From assembly GCA_002269645.1 (NCBI GenBank), contig NIVC01001880.1:1-64000 (forward strand): 64,000 bases of DNA, written 5' to 3'. Shown piece by piece: positions 36,816-47,200 of this stretch; position 1 is the first letter of the stretch; every line of letters starts with the position of its first letter. The notes under the pieces are model-generated. The model was not told the DNA's origin. It searched no databases and saw only the letters and a program-made list of their open reading frames with translations. The stretch comes from Macrostomum lignano. Its lineage: Eukaryota. Made by a program: the position numbers and the translations under genes.

Positions 36816-37339
36816 GCAGACAGCTTATTGCTGAAGCATCCTCTGGAAACACTTCACCACAGTTTGTACAGTTTGAGCTCCACGGCAATCCAGATGACAA
36901 GTTCGATGCTCCGCGGCTACACTCAGGGGGATAGACGGGCCATTGGCTACGCTGAGAGGCTGAGCTGAGTGTGATGAAGGGCTCCGAGAGAGAATTTTTT
37001 CCGGCTCTCGTTTTTCTTCCACTTCTCGTCCCGCTCCACCACCCCAGCCCTCGCGGCCGCTCTCGGCGACCGTCCGGAAGGGAGGCCGGCTTTTCCCGGC
37101 GCCGGGAGGGCCGCCTGATTGGGACAATATTAGATGGGATCCGCCCGCCCGAGCTGGGGGGAGCAGAGAGGTTCTGCCGACCCAGCGACCGCCGATCACC
37201 CTGACAGCCGGCTGGCCCGTCACCGCCATGCGGCCGCCCGTCCCGCCACCGACTCTGTCCGAAATTCCCCACTCACCAGCCGGACGCTCCGATGCCGACC
37301 GCGGCAGCCGCGGCCGCTAGCGGCGCTCTCCGTTGCGGC

Positions 37340-37999
37340 ATGAGCGAGGACACAGAGGCCGGTGCCCGGCTGCTGTCACCCCGGCGGCGGACTCCGCGAG
37401 CGTCCAGGGCGGCCGGCAGGCAGCGGATCCTCTGCTACGATCGGCGCTACTTCTGCCGCGTGGCGCTCTGGCTGGAGCTCATGGTGGGTATCATCATGAC
37501 CATCCTCGGCCTCTTCATCCTGCTGCTCAGCATCGAGTCGCTCAAGGAGGGCGACTATCCCGCCATCTATTTCTGCTCGTCCTTCATCGCACTGGGCATC
37601 CTGCTGCTGCTGGTGTACTATGTGCATTACTACGCGCTGAAGTTCTCCATCAAGCGGCAGGTGCAGCGGCTGGATCACACCATCCGCTCCGACCAGGACG
37701 CGCTGGCCGCCCTGGCCCGCCGCAGCTTGCAGCTCTCCAAGATTGCCGTGCCGCGCAAGGATCCGCCGCACCTGACTGACGGCGCTGTCCAGGCGCCAAC
37801 GCCTTCGCCCGCGCAGCCGCCGCAGCCGCCGCAACCGCCGCAACCACCGCAATCACCGCAATCATCACAGCCACAGCCTCTGCAGCCGCCGCAGCCGCCA
37901 CTGGAGGCGGCCCTGGTGATTCCAGCCCGGCTTGGCGCAGCTCTTCCGCAGAGTTTCTCAGACTTTGACTTGTGGGACGCCAGACAGTCAGATGTCTGA
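37340..37999 (+). CDS. Orphan two-transmembrane protein with Pro/Gln-rich tail (219 aa)
   Basis: Intact ORF from ATG 37340. Two hydrophobic segments (VALWLELMVGIIMTILGLFILLLSI; IYFCSSFIALGILLLLVYYV), coding-like codon pattern, PPQ repeats. Confidence 0.75.
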   Translation: MSEDTEAGARLLSPRRRTPRASRAAGRQRILCYDRRYFCRVALWLELMVGIIMTILGLFILLLSIESLKEGDYPAIYFCSSFIALGILLLLVYYVHYYALKFSIKRQVQRLDHTIRSDQDALAALARRSLQLSKIAVPRKDPPHLTDGAVQAPTPSPAQPPQPPQPPQPPQSPQSSQPQPLQPPQPPLEAALVIPARLGAALPQSFSDFDLWDARQSDV

Positions 38000-38004
38000 C
38001 CTTG

Positions 38005-38300
38005 TCTGTCTATGGCTGATGTCTCCCCGCTGCTGTCTATGGCCGATGTCTCTCCACTGCTGTCTATGGCCGATATGTCTCTCCACTGCTGTCTATGGCC
38101 GATGTTTCCCCGCTGTCTACGGCCGATATTTCCTCGATGTTTATGGCCAATGTCTCTCGGCTGCTGTCTATGGCCAATGTCTCTCGGCTGCTGTCTATGG
38201 CCGATGTCTCTCGGCTGCTGTCTATGGCCGATGTCTCCCAGCTGTCTATGGCCGTTGCTGTCTATGGCCGATGTCTCCCAGCTGTCTATGGCCGATGCCG
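38005..38300. repeat. ~25-bp minisatellite immediately after the stop codon
   Basis: Unit ~CTGCTGTCTATGGCCGATGTCTCTC. Confidence 0.9.
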
Positions 38301-39152
38301 CCAGATTCCCCCAAATTCCACACGGCCGTACATTTCCAATCTCCCCTCCCCTGTCCCCTGAGCTATCCCCGTCAAGCTGCCAATCACTCTCAGCTCAAGC
38401 ATTTGAAAGCCCTCTATTAAAGCTCCACGCTAAGCCGAGCACTTGCAAATTGAGTTTCACGTGAAAGACAGTCGGCCATGGACAGCAGGTATCAGGAAAT
38501 CAGCTTAACTCGTTCTGTGCCGCGTGTATCATTTTTAGTTGTACATTAATAGTACAGTAAAAGTGAAACTTCTCATTCGCCCTATATTTGGCATTAATAT
38601 CTACTTTCTGTTTCTCTAAACCCCAGCCCTTAAAAAACAATGCCTGTTTTTGCGGCAAAAATATAAAATTAAGCCATAAGAAGAAAACAAAGAGTTCTTG
38701 CCTCGTCCCAAGGGAAATCCTTATTCGCAGTCGGGGCGAATGTACAGCACACGGGAGCGACGGCTGACTGAATTCAAAATGCCAGCTAGGCGCGAGCCGC
38801 CTCTCTGTGTTGCCTTTCATTTCCTGCTCCAACTGGGGATGGGGGGGTACCTGAAGCCCTCTGTATCTCTTCCTCTCCTCTACATATCCTTGATTATGAT
38901 TTTTTAACCTCCAAGTGCAGCAGGCAGCTCCGACTTCTGTCCTTCGATCCCCTTTGCTCTTTTCTTCTCACACGCAGTTCCCCCCGTCCTCCGCCCGTGA
39001 CTGCTCAGCCTCACTGCTGCACAGGCCTGTCCATCTGCAACAGCTTTCACATCCGCCTTGCTGACTTGTGCTTCATCTGTCATGTCTCAGCCTCCGTTTC
39101 TGTTTGTCGTTTCTACAGAATGAAAGCAGTGGATCGCAATGGAATTCTGAGG

Positions 39153-39617
39153 ACTGGGTTCGGTTCAGCTTGGTCTCAGCTTGGGTTCAGATTTGGTTCA
39201 GTTTGGTTCAGTTTGGGTTCAGATTGGGTTCAGCTTGGGTTCAGATTGGGTTCAGATTGGGTTCAGCTTGGTCTCAGCTTGGGTTCAGATTTGGTTCAGT
39301 TTGGTTCAGTTTGGGTTCAGATTGGGTTCAGCTTGGGTTCAGATTGGGTTCAGATTGGGTTCAGATTGGGTTCAGCTTGGGTTCAGATTGGGTTCAGATT
39401 GGGTTCAGATTGGGTTCAGATTGGGTTCAGATTGGGTTCAGCTTGGGTTCAGATTGGGTTCAGATTGGGTTCAGCTTGGGCTCAGCTTGGGTTCAGCTTG
39501 GGCTCAGCTTGGGTTCAGATTTGGATCAGCTTGGATTCAGATTGGGTTCAGCTTGGGTTCAGATTGGGTTCAGACTGGGTTCAGATTGGGTTCAGATTGG
39601 GTTCAGACTGGGTTCAG
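39153..39617. repeat. 10-bp satellite
   Basis: Unit TTGGGTTCAG(A/C)-type. Confidence 0.93.
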
Positions 39618-40669
39618 CTACTCTTCCTGTGCTCAGCAGGAGCTCAGCACGGACTGAACTTGGACTCAACGATCTGCAACAAAAGTAGAAGCAAAAACGC
39701 GCCTTTGGTCCACCGAGACTTCGATCAGCTTTTCTCTCTTATTTGGACCGGGGAGTTCGTTTGAGTTCGCCAGTCCTGTGAGGATGTTTTGTTAGAATGA
39801 GAGAGGATCTCGAGAGAAGAGGCGGTGGCTGAGGGCGACGTGACAATCCGCGGGTTGCAGGCAGGGGGCGGATATTTTGCGGCAGCAATGGGATTAGCAA
39901 GCCCAAGGCGAGGACTGGATCCGGGGGGGGGGGCGAGTGGGAGGCCTCCCCAGACCCCGGGGGGCCGACATTCGAGCCGGGCAGAGTTTGGCGGCCTGTG
40001 AAAATTTCATTAGCAACCACAGGCGGCCGGATTCTTCCAGCGGGCTGGGCGCGGCAACTCTGCAATCAGCTGCTCAGCGCCTCCCCCTCACTCGCGAGCG
40101 GCCCGCACCGCCTCCACTTGGCAGCTGCGGGGCCGGGTGAGGAAGGGATGAAGCTCAGCCTGCTTCAATCTGCTTCAAGAGCGACCCCGACCCGCTCGGT
40201 GCTGCTCAAATCTTTTCCTCTGTCTCTGCCGCTGAAGCAAAATAAGCTGTGGGCTCAACAGAATTGGCTGAGCAGGTCTGGGAATCTGAGCTGCTCCACT
40301 CTGCCTCACTGCCAGCCCATCCCACCACCAGCCTGTGAACTCATCTGTGCTCAAGTGGCCGCCTGTCTGTCCCGTGAAAAAATGATTCAGAATTCAGTTT
40401 TAACTATCTGTCCAACTAACGCTTCAGTAGCAATCTTTGAAATATTCATTTTCATAGTTCAGTCAGAGCAGTTGCCAGCAATGGGCAGCAGCAAGTCGAT
40501 AGGCAAGTCTAAGGCAGTGCACTGGGGCGCTGGGGAGTGAAAAGTAATACGAAGTAGATACATTGCAAGGTAGCCCTAAGCATAAAATAGTACATGTAAA
40601 GTACGCTCGTACCTCGCTGTGCTACTGTACCAACATATTTATTTTAATAGAGCTTCACGCATTTGTAGC

Positions 40670-40932
40670 ACTGCGCGCTTATGAAACTGCGCGCTTATGA
40701 AACTGCGCGCTTATGAAACTGCGCTTATGACACTGCGCGCTTATGAAACTGCGCGCTTATGAAAATGCACGCTTATGAAACTGCGCGCTTATGAAAATGC
40801 GCGCTTATGAAAATGCGCGCTTATGAAAATGCGCGCTTATGAAAATGCGCGCTTATGAAAATGCGCGCTTATGACACTGCGCGCTTATGACGCTGTGCGC
40901 TTATGACGCTGCGCGCTTATGACACTGCGCGC
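40670..40932. repeat. 16-bp minisatellite
   Basis: Unit ACTGCGCGCTTATGAA. Confidence 0.93.
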
Positions 40933-41119
40933 TTATGACACTGCGCGCGTATGCAGTGTACTCAATGAACCGCTCGTACATACCTGAGCTGATGCATTCG
41001 AAAAAAATGAAGACTTTGTTTATTGCTCATTATTGTTTGAAAATACTACTGTTTGAAACTTTGCGCCAGTAGCATATACAGAATATAAATCTGATTATGA
41101 AATCTGTCTGTAATCACAT

Positions 41120-41163
41120 TGCCCCGCTCCGCCCCGCTCCGCCCCGCTCCGCCCCGCTCCGCC
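41120..41163. repeat. 10-bp GC-rich repeat x4 abutting the long-TIR element
   Basis: (GCCCCGCTCC)4. Confidence 0.9.
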
Positions 41164-43914
41164 ACGTATTGATTTCCCGATTGACATTCAGATTCACATT
41201 CAAATCTTAACAAAGCCGCTGTAACTTTTCTTTAATTGAACGAAACGCTTTAGAATTTTACAAAAACTTTGACGCAATCAAGAAAAAAAACTATGTAAAA
41301 TATCTCTGCATTTTAAAATAGACTGTACAAATTATTCACATATAAAGCTTGTTCCTATCTCCTTAGTGTATTATTATGCAACTTAACAAAACGGCTTAAA
41401 ATACACGCAGAGCTATGAAACTTTATTTTTCTCTTGACGCACGCGAGATGCGTTGGCAAGTCAAAAATCAGCACCCTAGCTTAAAGCCTGTACGAGTTAT
41501 TCACCTGCAAACTGTGTTCCTATCTCCGTAGTGTATTTTGGGGGTCCAGCTTGACATTCGCTGACAGACACTTCTACACAACGCAGAGCTACGAAACTTT
41601 ATTTTTCTGACATCTGATCATCTGAAAACAATAGAGCTAACGTTCTGACGTTCCCTCAAAGTACAATAATTTTTGTAGTCTAATGCGCTAGTACGGGCGT
41701 ATCTTTATCAGTTCCAGGACATTTGTACATGTACTGGTATCGTACATGTACATCACGTAACCATGCAGACATTACCGCAACTGGACATTTGATTCAAGCT
41801 AAAATTTACTTCTAAGTGTAAATGCTTTAAACGAATTTGACATCGCATTAGCACTTCTCACATTCTCTGGCTGGTGCAGCTATAATTATCAGCTACAATT
41901 TGCTGAGTTGCCGTAATGTCTGGTTGACGAACTGCCGGTTGACGAAATGCTGGTTGACAAAATGTCCGGTCACCTCTTCATCATTCACAGAAAGAGGATC
42001 CACTGTTTAAAAAGTCTTCTGCATGGCTGCATGGTGTAGCAGACTTCCAATGAGTCCCGTTTTCGACTTCCGGGCTACACCAGATGGCTCAAACAACTCC
42101 CGATCATGAGGACCCCACTAAAGCAGCGTAAAAATGATGCGATGCGTGCTCATTAAGGGATGTGTGGCAGGGGTCCGTACAGAAGTTATTTTTAAGGCTC
42201 AGGTGGGTGAATTCACTGAATCTTAGTCACTGTCCAGACTACAGAGGCGGAAAGCGTAAACACTGTAATCTAATTTATATACTTTCACGGATTTTATTCC
42301 TAGCTCATGTACGAGTAACAGATTCGTTTTATGCCAGTGAGCAGGAATGAGCTAATTGAGCTAAAGGTTTCGAGGGCTTAAATTATTTACTTTACCATTT
42401 CAATAAAAGAATTCTCGTCCAACTCTAAATAATTTATTTTTTTCCTCTAGTACATGATGTTTTTTTCTTCGTTCTACAAAATGCACTAAAAATCTCCTAG
42501 TACTTTTCTAAGCATGCAGATTAAGCCATGCAAGCGCAATATTTTGTCACGTTATTTGATGTTGGCCGTGACCCTTAAAAGGGCCGTTTTAGTCCCAAAA
42601 TAAGTTGAAGTCAACGTAGGCGAAGTGGATGGTGTAGCGGAGCACTTGGCGATAAAGGCAGGAACTGCCGTAGTTGTCTTTATTGTTAATATCAGTATTA
42701 AGTTTGGTTGTTACTGGCAATAAACAGACTATAGCTTTCTGGGCACTGGCGGCTGCAACAATGGGTTGAATATAATTTGGATATGAAGTCAAGTGGCAGG
42801 CGAATGACACAATGGCGATGTGACGTGAGCAGTGGCTATGAGCACCGTGAAGGCAGTGAAACGTAGTGGCGAGTTTGGCGTCGGTCGTGGCGTGAGACAG
42901 TCAAGTAAGTGTGTGAGCAGGCTGGCCCAGGCAGAGGGGCCGTGGTGAGAAAAGGAGGCTCGAGGCAGCCAGACAAGAACAGAAAAACACACACAAGGCC
43001 AAGGACAGGCCGGGAGGAAGAGAGAAGCACAGATAAGGACGGGGGTTTAATAAAGGAGCGCAGAGGAGGGGTAGCGCGAAGCACGAGTGGTTTTCATTGG
43101 CTGGCGAGAGAACTTAAAATTATCGATCGTGCCAATTTTATACGGTCGCGAGAGAGGGTAGCAAAATACACAGTGAGTTAGAAATTGCCACAAAATCGTT
43201 GGGCATTACTACAAGTAAACGTCGCAATAAACGAATGGAAAAGTTTAGTTGAAACGGTGAAACTGAAGGGTTGAATGACTATGGAGAACAGCAGTCCAAC
43301 GGCCCTTTTCGGGACCACCTTAAACTGACAACGTCACAATTTATTTATGCTGGATGCATGATGTTTTTCTTTAAAAGTTTTCGTTCCGTTCATTGCTTTC
43401 CCGCTTTAAGTTACGCTTTGAAAAAATGTTAATTTGTTTTGAAAATAAACAGTTGCTCAAGATATGAATTTTCACCCGTCCTAATTTTCCAGTTGTTCTT
43501 TTTAATTATAGCAATATAGTGGTTCTCAGCGAATGTCAAGCTGGAACCCCAAAATACACTACGGAGATAGGAACACAGTTTGCAGGTGAATAACTCGTAC
43601 AGGCTTTAAGCTAGGGTGCTGATTTTTGACTTGCCAACGCATCTCGCGTGCGTCAAGAGAAAAATAAAGTTTCATAGCTCTGCGTGTATTTTAAGCCGTT
43701 TTGTTAAGTTGCATAATAATACACTAAGGAGATAGGAACAAGCTTTATATGTGAATAATTTGTACAGTCTATTTTAAAATGCCGAGATATTTTACGTAGT
43801 TTTTTTTCTTGATTGCATCAAAGTTTTTGTAAAATTCTAAAGCGTTTCGTTCAAGTAAAGAAAAGTTACAGCGGCTTTGTTAAAATTTGAATGTCAATCG
43901 GGAAATGAATACGT
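41164..43914. mobile_element. Non-autonomous foldback-type DNA element with ~400-bp terminal inverted repeats
   Basis: 41164-41564 is the reverse complement of 43526-43914 with few substitutions and one 12-bp indel (AGATTCACATTC, left arm only). Arms contain internal direct repeats ~164 bp apart. No transposase ORF and no TSD identified. Confidence 0.8.
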
Positions 43915-44089
43915 TCTTTGTCTGCCAGTTTGGGAACTCTGTGAGTTCTGAAATTCAATATCAAAAGTCAAATTTGGGCTCAACGGAGCCCACAACTAAG
44001 CTACCTAATCTGCTGCAGCGGTTGCCAAGGTGACGCGAAAACATCCGCCAAACAGGAGCCCCTCCACCCGGCCGGGAACTCAAAGCCCC

Positions 44090-44139
44090 ATTGGCCGGCC
44101 CGCTCGCCCATCTCTCGCCCGCCGGGAGCTCCATAAAAG
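44090..44139 (+). promoter_or_regulatory. Candidate core promoter of the PAN-GRD gene
   Basis: ATTGG (inverted CCAAT) at 44090 and CATAAAAG at 44132, ~90 nt upstream of ATG 44226. Confidence 0.35.
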
Positions 44140-44225
44140 CCCCGCCTCCGGCCTCGCCGGGAACTCGAGCCCCTCCAGACTCCTCAGCGACATCAGCAAC
44201 TCTCCCGGCTCTCCCAGCTTCTGCA

Positions 44226-47200
44226 ATGCATTTCCCTGCACTGATGGGCCTTCTGCTTCTTCGAGCAGTCGGTAAGTTTCTGCAGTTGTCAGGCTGAGAT
44301 GTACAGCATTACTCAGTGCTGAGCACTCCGCCTGTTTCAGCATCACTCAGTGCTGAGCACTGCATCTGTTTTAGCATCACTCAGTGCTGAGCACTCCGCC
44401 AGTTTCAGCATCACTCAGTGCTGAGCACTCCGCCTGTTTCAGAATCACTCAGTGCTGAGCACTCCGCCTGTTTCAGCATCACTCAGTGCTGAGCACTCCA
44501 TCTGTTTCAGTGGCATCGGCCTCAAACGGCCAGGAGTTCAACTTGGTCCCCAGCCGCTCCCTGGTGCTGAACGACTCGCTCAGCGTCAGCTTGTTCAGCG
44601 AGTCCGGCATCCATTCCGATGGCGAGTGCCTGATGTGGTGCTCAGACAGAGGCTGCGCCGCTGCGATGGTGAACATGACCAGCCGCGTCTGCCTGATGGC
44701 CGTCATCAACGATGAGTCATCGGGACAGCCGGGCCCTGACGGCAGTCACGTGACCAGGCACCTGGGCTCGCATGGTGACGCCGCGGTGACGGTGTGGACG
44801 GCGGACGACTTCGAGTCGCAGCTGCGGAGTCGGGCCTTCCAGCAGGTGTTCCGAAGTGAGTGAAGCTGACAGGTGTGAGTGAAGCTGACAGGTGTGAGTG
44901 AAGCTGACAGGTGTGAGTGATGCTGACAGGTGTGAGTGAAGCTGACAGGTGTGAGTGAAGCTGACAGGTGTGAGTGAAGCTGACAGGTGTGAGTGAAGCT
45001 GACAGGTGTGAGTGAAGCTGACAGGTTTGAGTGAAGCTGACAGGTTTGAGTAAAGCTGACAGGTTTGAGTGAAGCTGACCTCACGAAGGGCTAAAGACGC
45101 ACATTAGTGGGGTTGGGGGTTGAGTGTGGCGTGATTGGGTGCTAAAAGTGCAACGGCACCTGAGGAAGAGGCTGGCTCTTGACTTACTTGACTTGACTTA
45201 GCTGCAGGGGGCGTCCGGCGGATGCAGCGAGGAGGCGGAGGAGACCGCCCATTCCGCTAGCCCCTGGCGACCAAAGATTCCATCGAACTGATGTCGCTCA
45301 GGGGGACCCGTCGGTCTCGCCTGCAGCGCGGTCCTCCTCACCGGCGGTGGGGAAGAAATCAGCTCGTCCCGTGTCCCTGGGGTACCGGGCGAGCAGCGGG
45401 ATGCTCTCGGGCCTGCAAACGTTGGAGAGAACCGGGTTCGGCCCGAGGTGAGTGAGCTTGGCCCTGGTGAAAACCGGGCAGTGGCAGATAAAATGCTCGG
45501 CGTTTTCACTGCCTGAGCGGCAGAAGGGGCACCGCTCCTCGGGAACTTGGCCCTGAAGGAAACGGTGGCGAGAGAAGCAGCCATGCTTAATGCGCTTAAT
45601 GCGGGAGTTGATCACCGAGGCGGGGATGGGGGCTCCCGGGCCCGGCCCCAGCAGCGCGCCGGCGGAGCCAGCCTTGGCCAGCAGGTCAGCGCGCTCGTTG
45701 CCGACGAAGCCGGCGTGGCCCGGGATCCATCTGAGCTCCACCTGGTTGCCTAGCGCAAGCCCGTTGAACTGGGTGTTGCAGTCCAGGACGGACCTGGAAC
45801 TGACGGTGCTGCGGCAGAGGGCCCGAAGGGCTGCTTGGCTGTCAGAGTGAAAAATTAATTTCCGACCGCTAAGCTGCCTTCGGCGCAGCTCTGCCGCGCA
45901 GGAGCTGATGGCAAGCACCTCGCTCTAAAAAACACTGGAGTTGAGCCCAGTGTGCTGGGAGTAGCTCAAAACCACTTCTCCCTTGAAGAAGACGCAAGCT
46001 CCGAAGCCTGAAAGACCATGCCTCATAGAGCCGTCAGTGTAACAGTGGACTTCAGAATCGCTCCAGCTGTCACTCGCCTCGTGTCGAGGCTGAATGGTGA
46101 CCTTATACCTTTGGCTCAGGAGAAGGGTGGCTGGGATCGAGTCCGAGAGTATGTTGAGCCCGCCACACTCCTCGAGAGCCTTGAGGCAGAGGTCAGAGTG
46201 CGGGATAAGCGACCGCTTCTTAAAGGCCCGCACTTTCTTGAAGGCCACCCCAGCATCCAGAAGACGCCGGGTGCTCTTCGCCGCCTCTCCTTTGATGTAA
46301 ATATCCAGAGGAGGGGCACAGAGGAAGGCATTCATGCCTTCGAAAGGAGTAGAGGGTGGAGCGCCCATAGTCATGCGGCAGGCTCTGCCCTGGATTTCGA
46401 GAGCGTCGAGGTTGCTCTTGACGCTCAGGCCGCTAGCCCACACGAGGCTGGCGTAACTGATCGAGGGGCGGATGATGGCAGTGTAAATCTACCACAGCTT
46501 CCTGGGGGTGAGCCCCCAGGTGGTGCCCACGGCGCGTCTTATCTGAGCCAGGACAGCCAGGGCTTTTTTGGCTTTAGTTTGAATGTGCGGAGTCCAGTTA
46601 AGCCTGTGGTCCAGAGTGAGGCCCAGGCAGCGGACCTGCTTCTCCATGGAAATGTTCTTTCCATAGAGGGTGAGGGGCTTAATGGTCCAGAGCAGTTTGT
46701 TGGTAAACATTGTTGATTTGTTTTAGGGTAAGAAAAGGCTTGGCCACTGCGCGGCCTTGAGCGCCAATATATATATTTAGAAATCGATATTTGCGTGGGG
46801 TGGAGTTGCGCCTGATAAAAAGGAAGCGTGCAAGCTAATTGGCTGCAGAGCGACCGGGGCAGGCATTGTACACTTGAGGGTCAGAGAGTTAGGCGGGTGT
46901 ACGGCCAACATCCTTCCCCAAGCGGATAAAAGTTAGGAGATAAGAGCAAATGGGAAGCTAAGTAATATTTCGAAGTGGGAATCAGAGGGGAATGGATGTG
47001 AGTGAATAGTATGAAAATATACGGATTTGAGAACGAATATTCATTAGGGCATAAACACAAATATGAGCATGGATAAGAGTTTTAGGCATTAGTTTCGATC
47101 AAATGAGCATTACCTTTGAAAATAGACACGAGCATTAGTTTCGAATATAAATACGACATTAGTTTCGAATATAAATACGAGCATTGGTTTCGAATATAAA

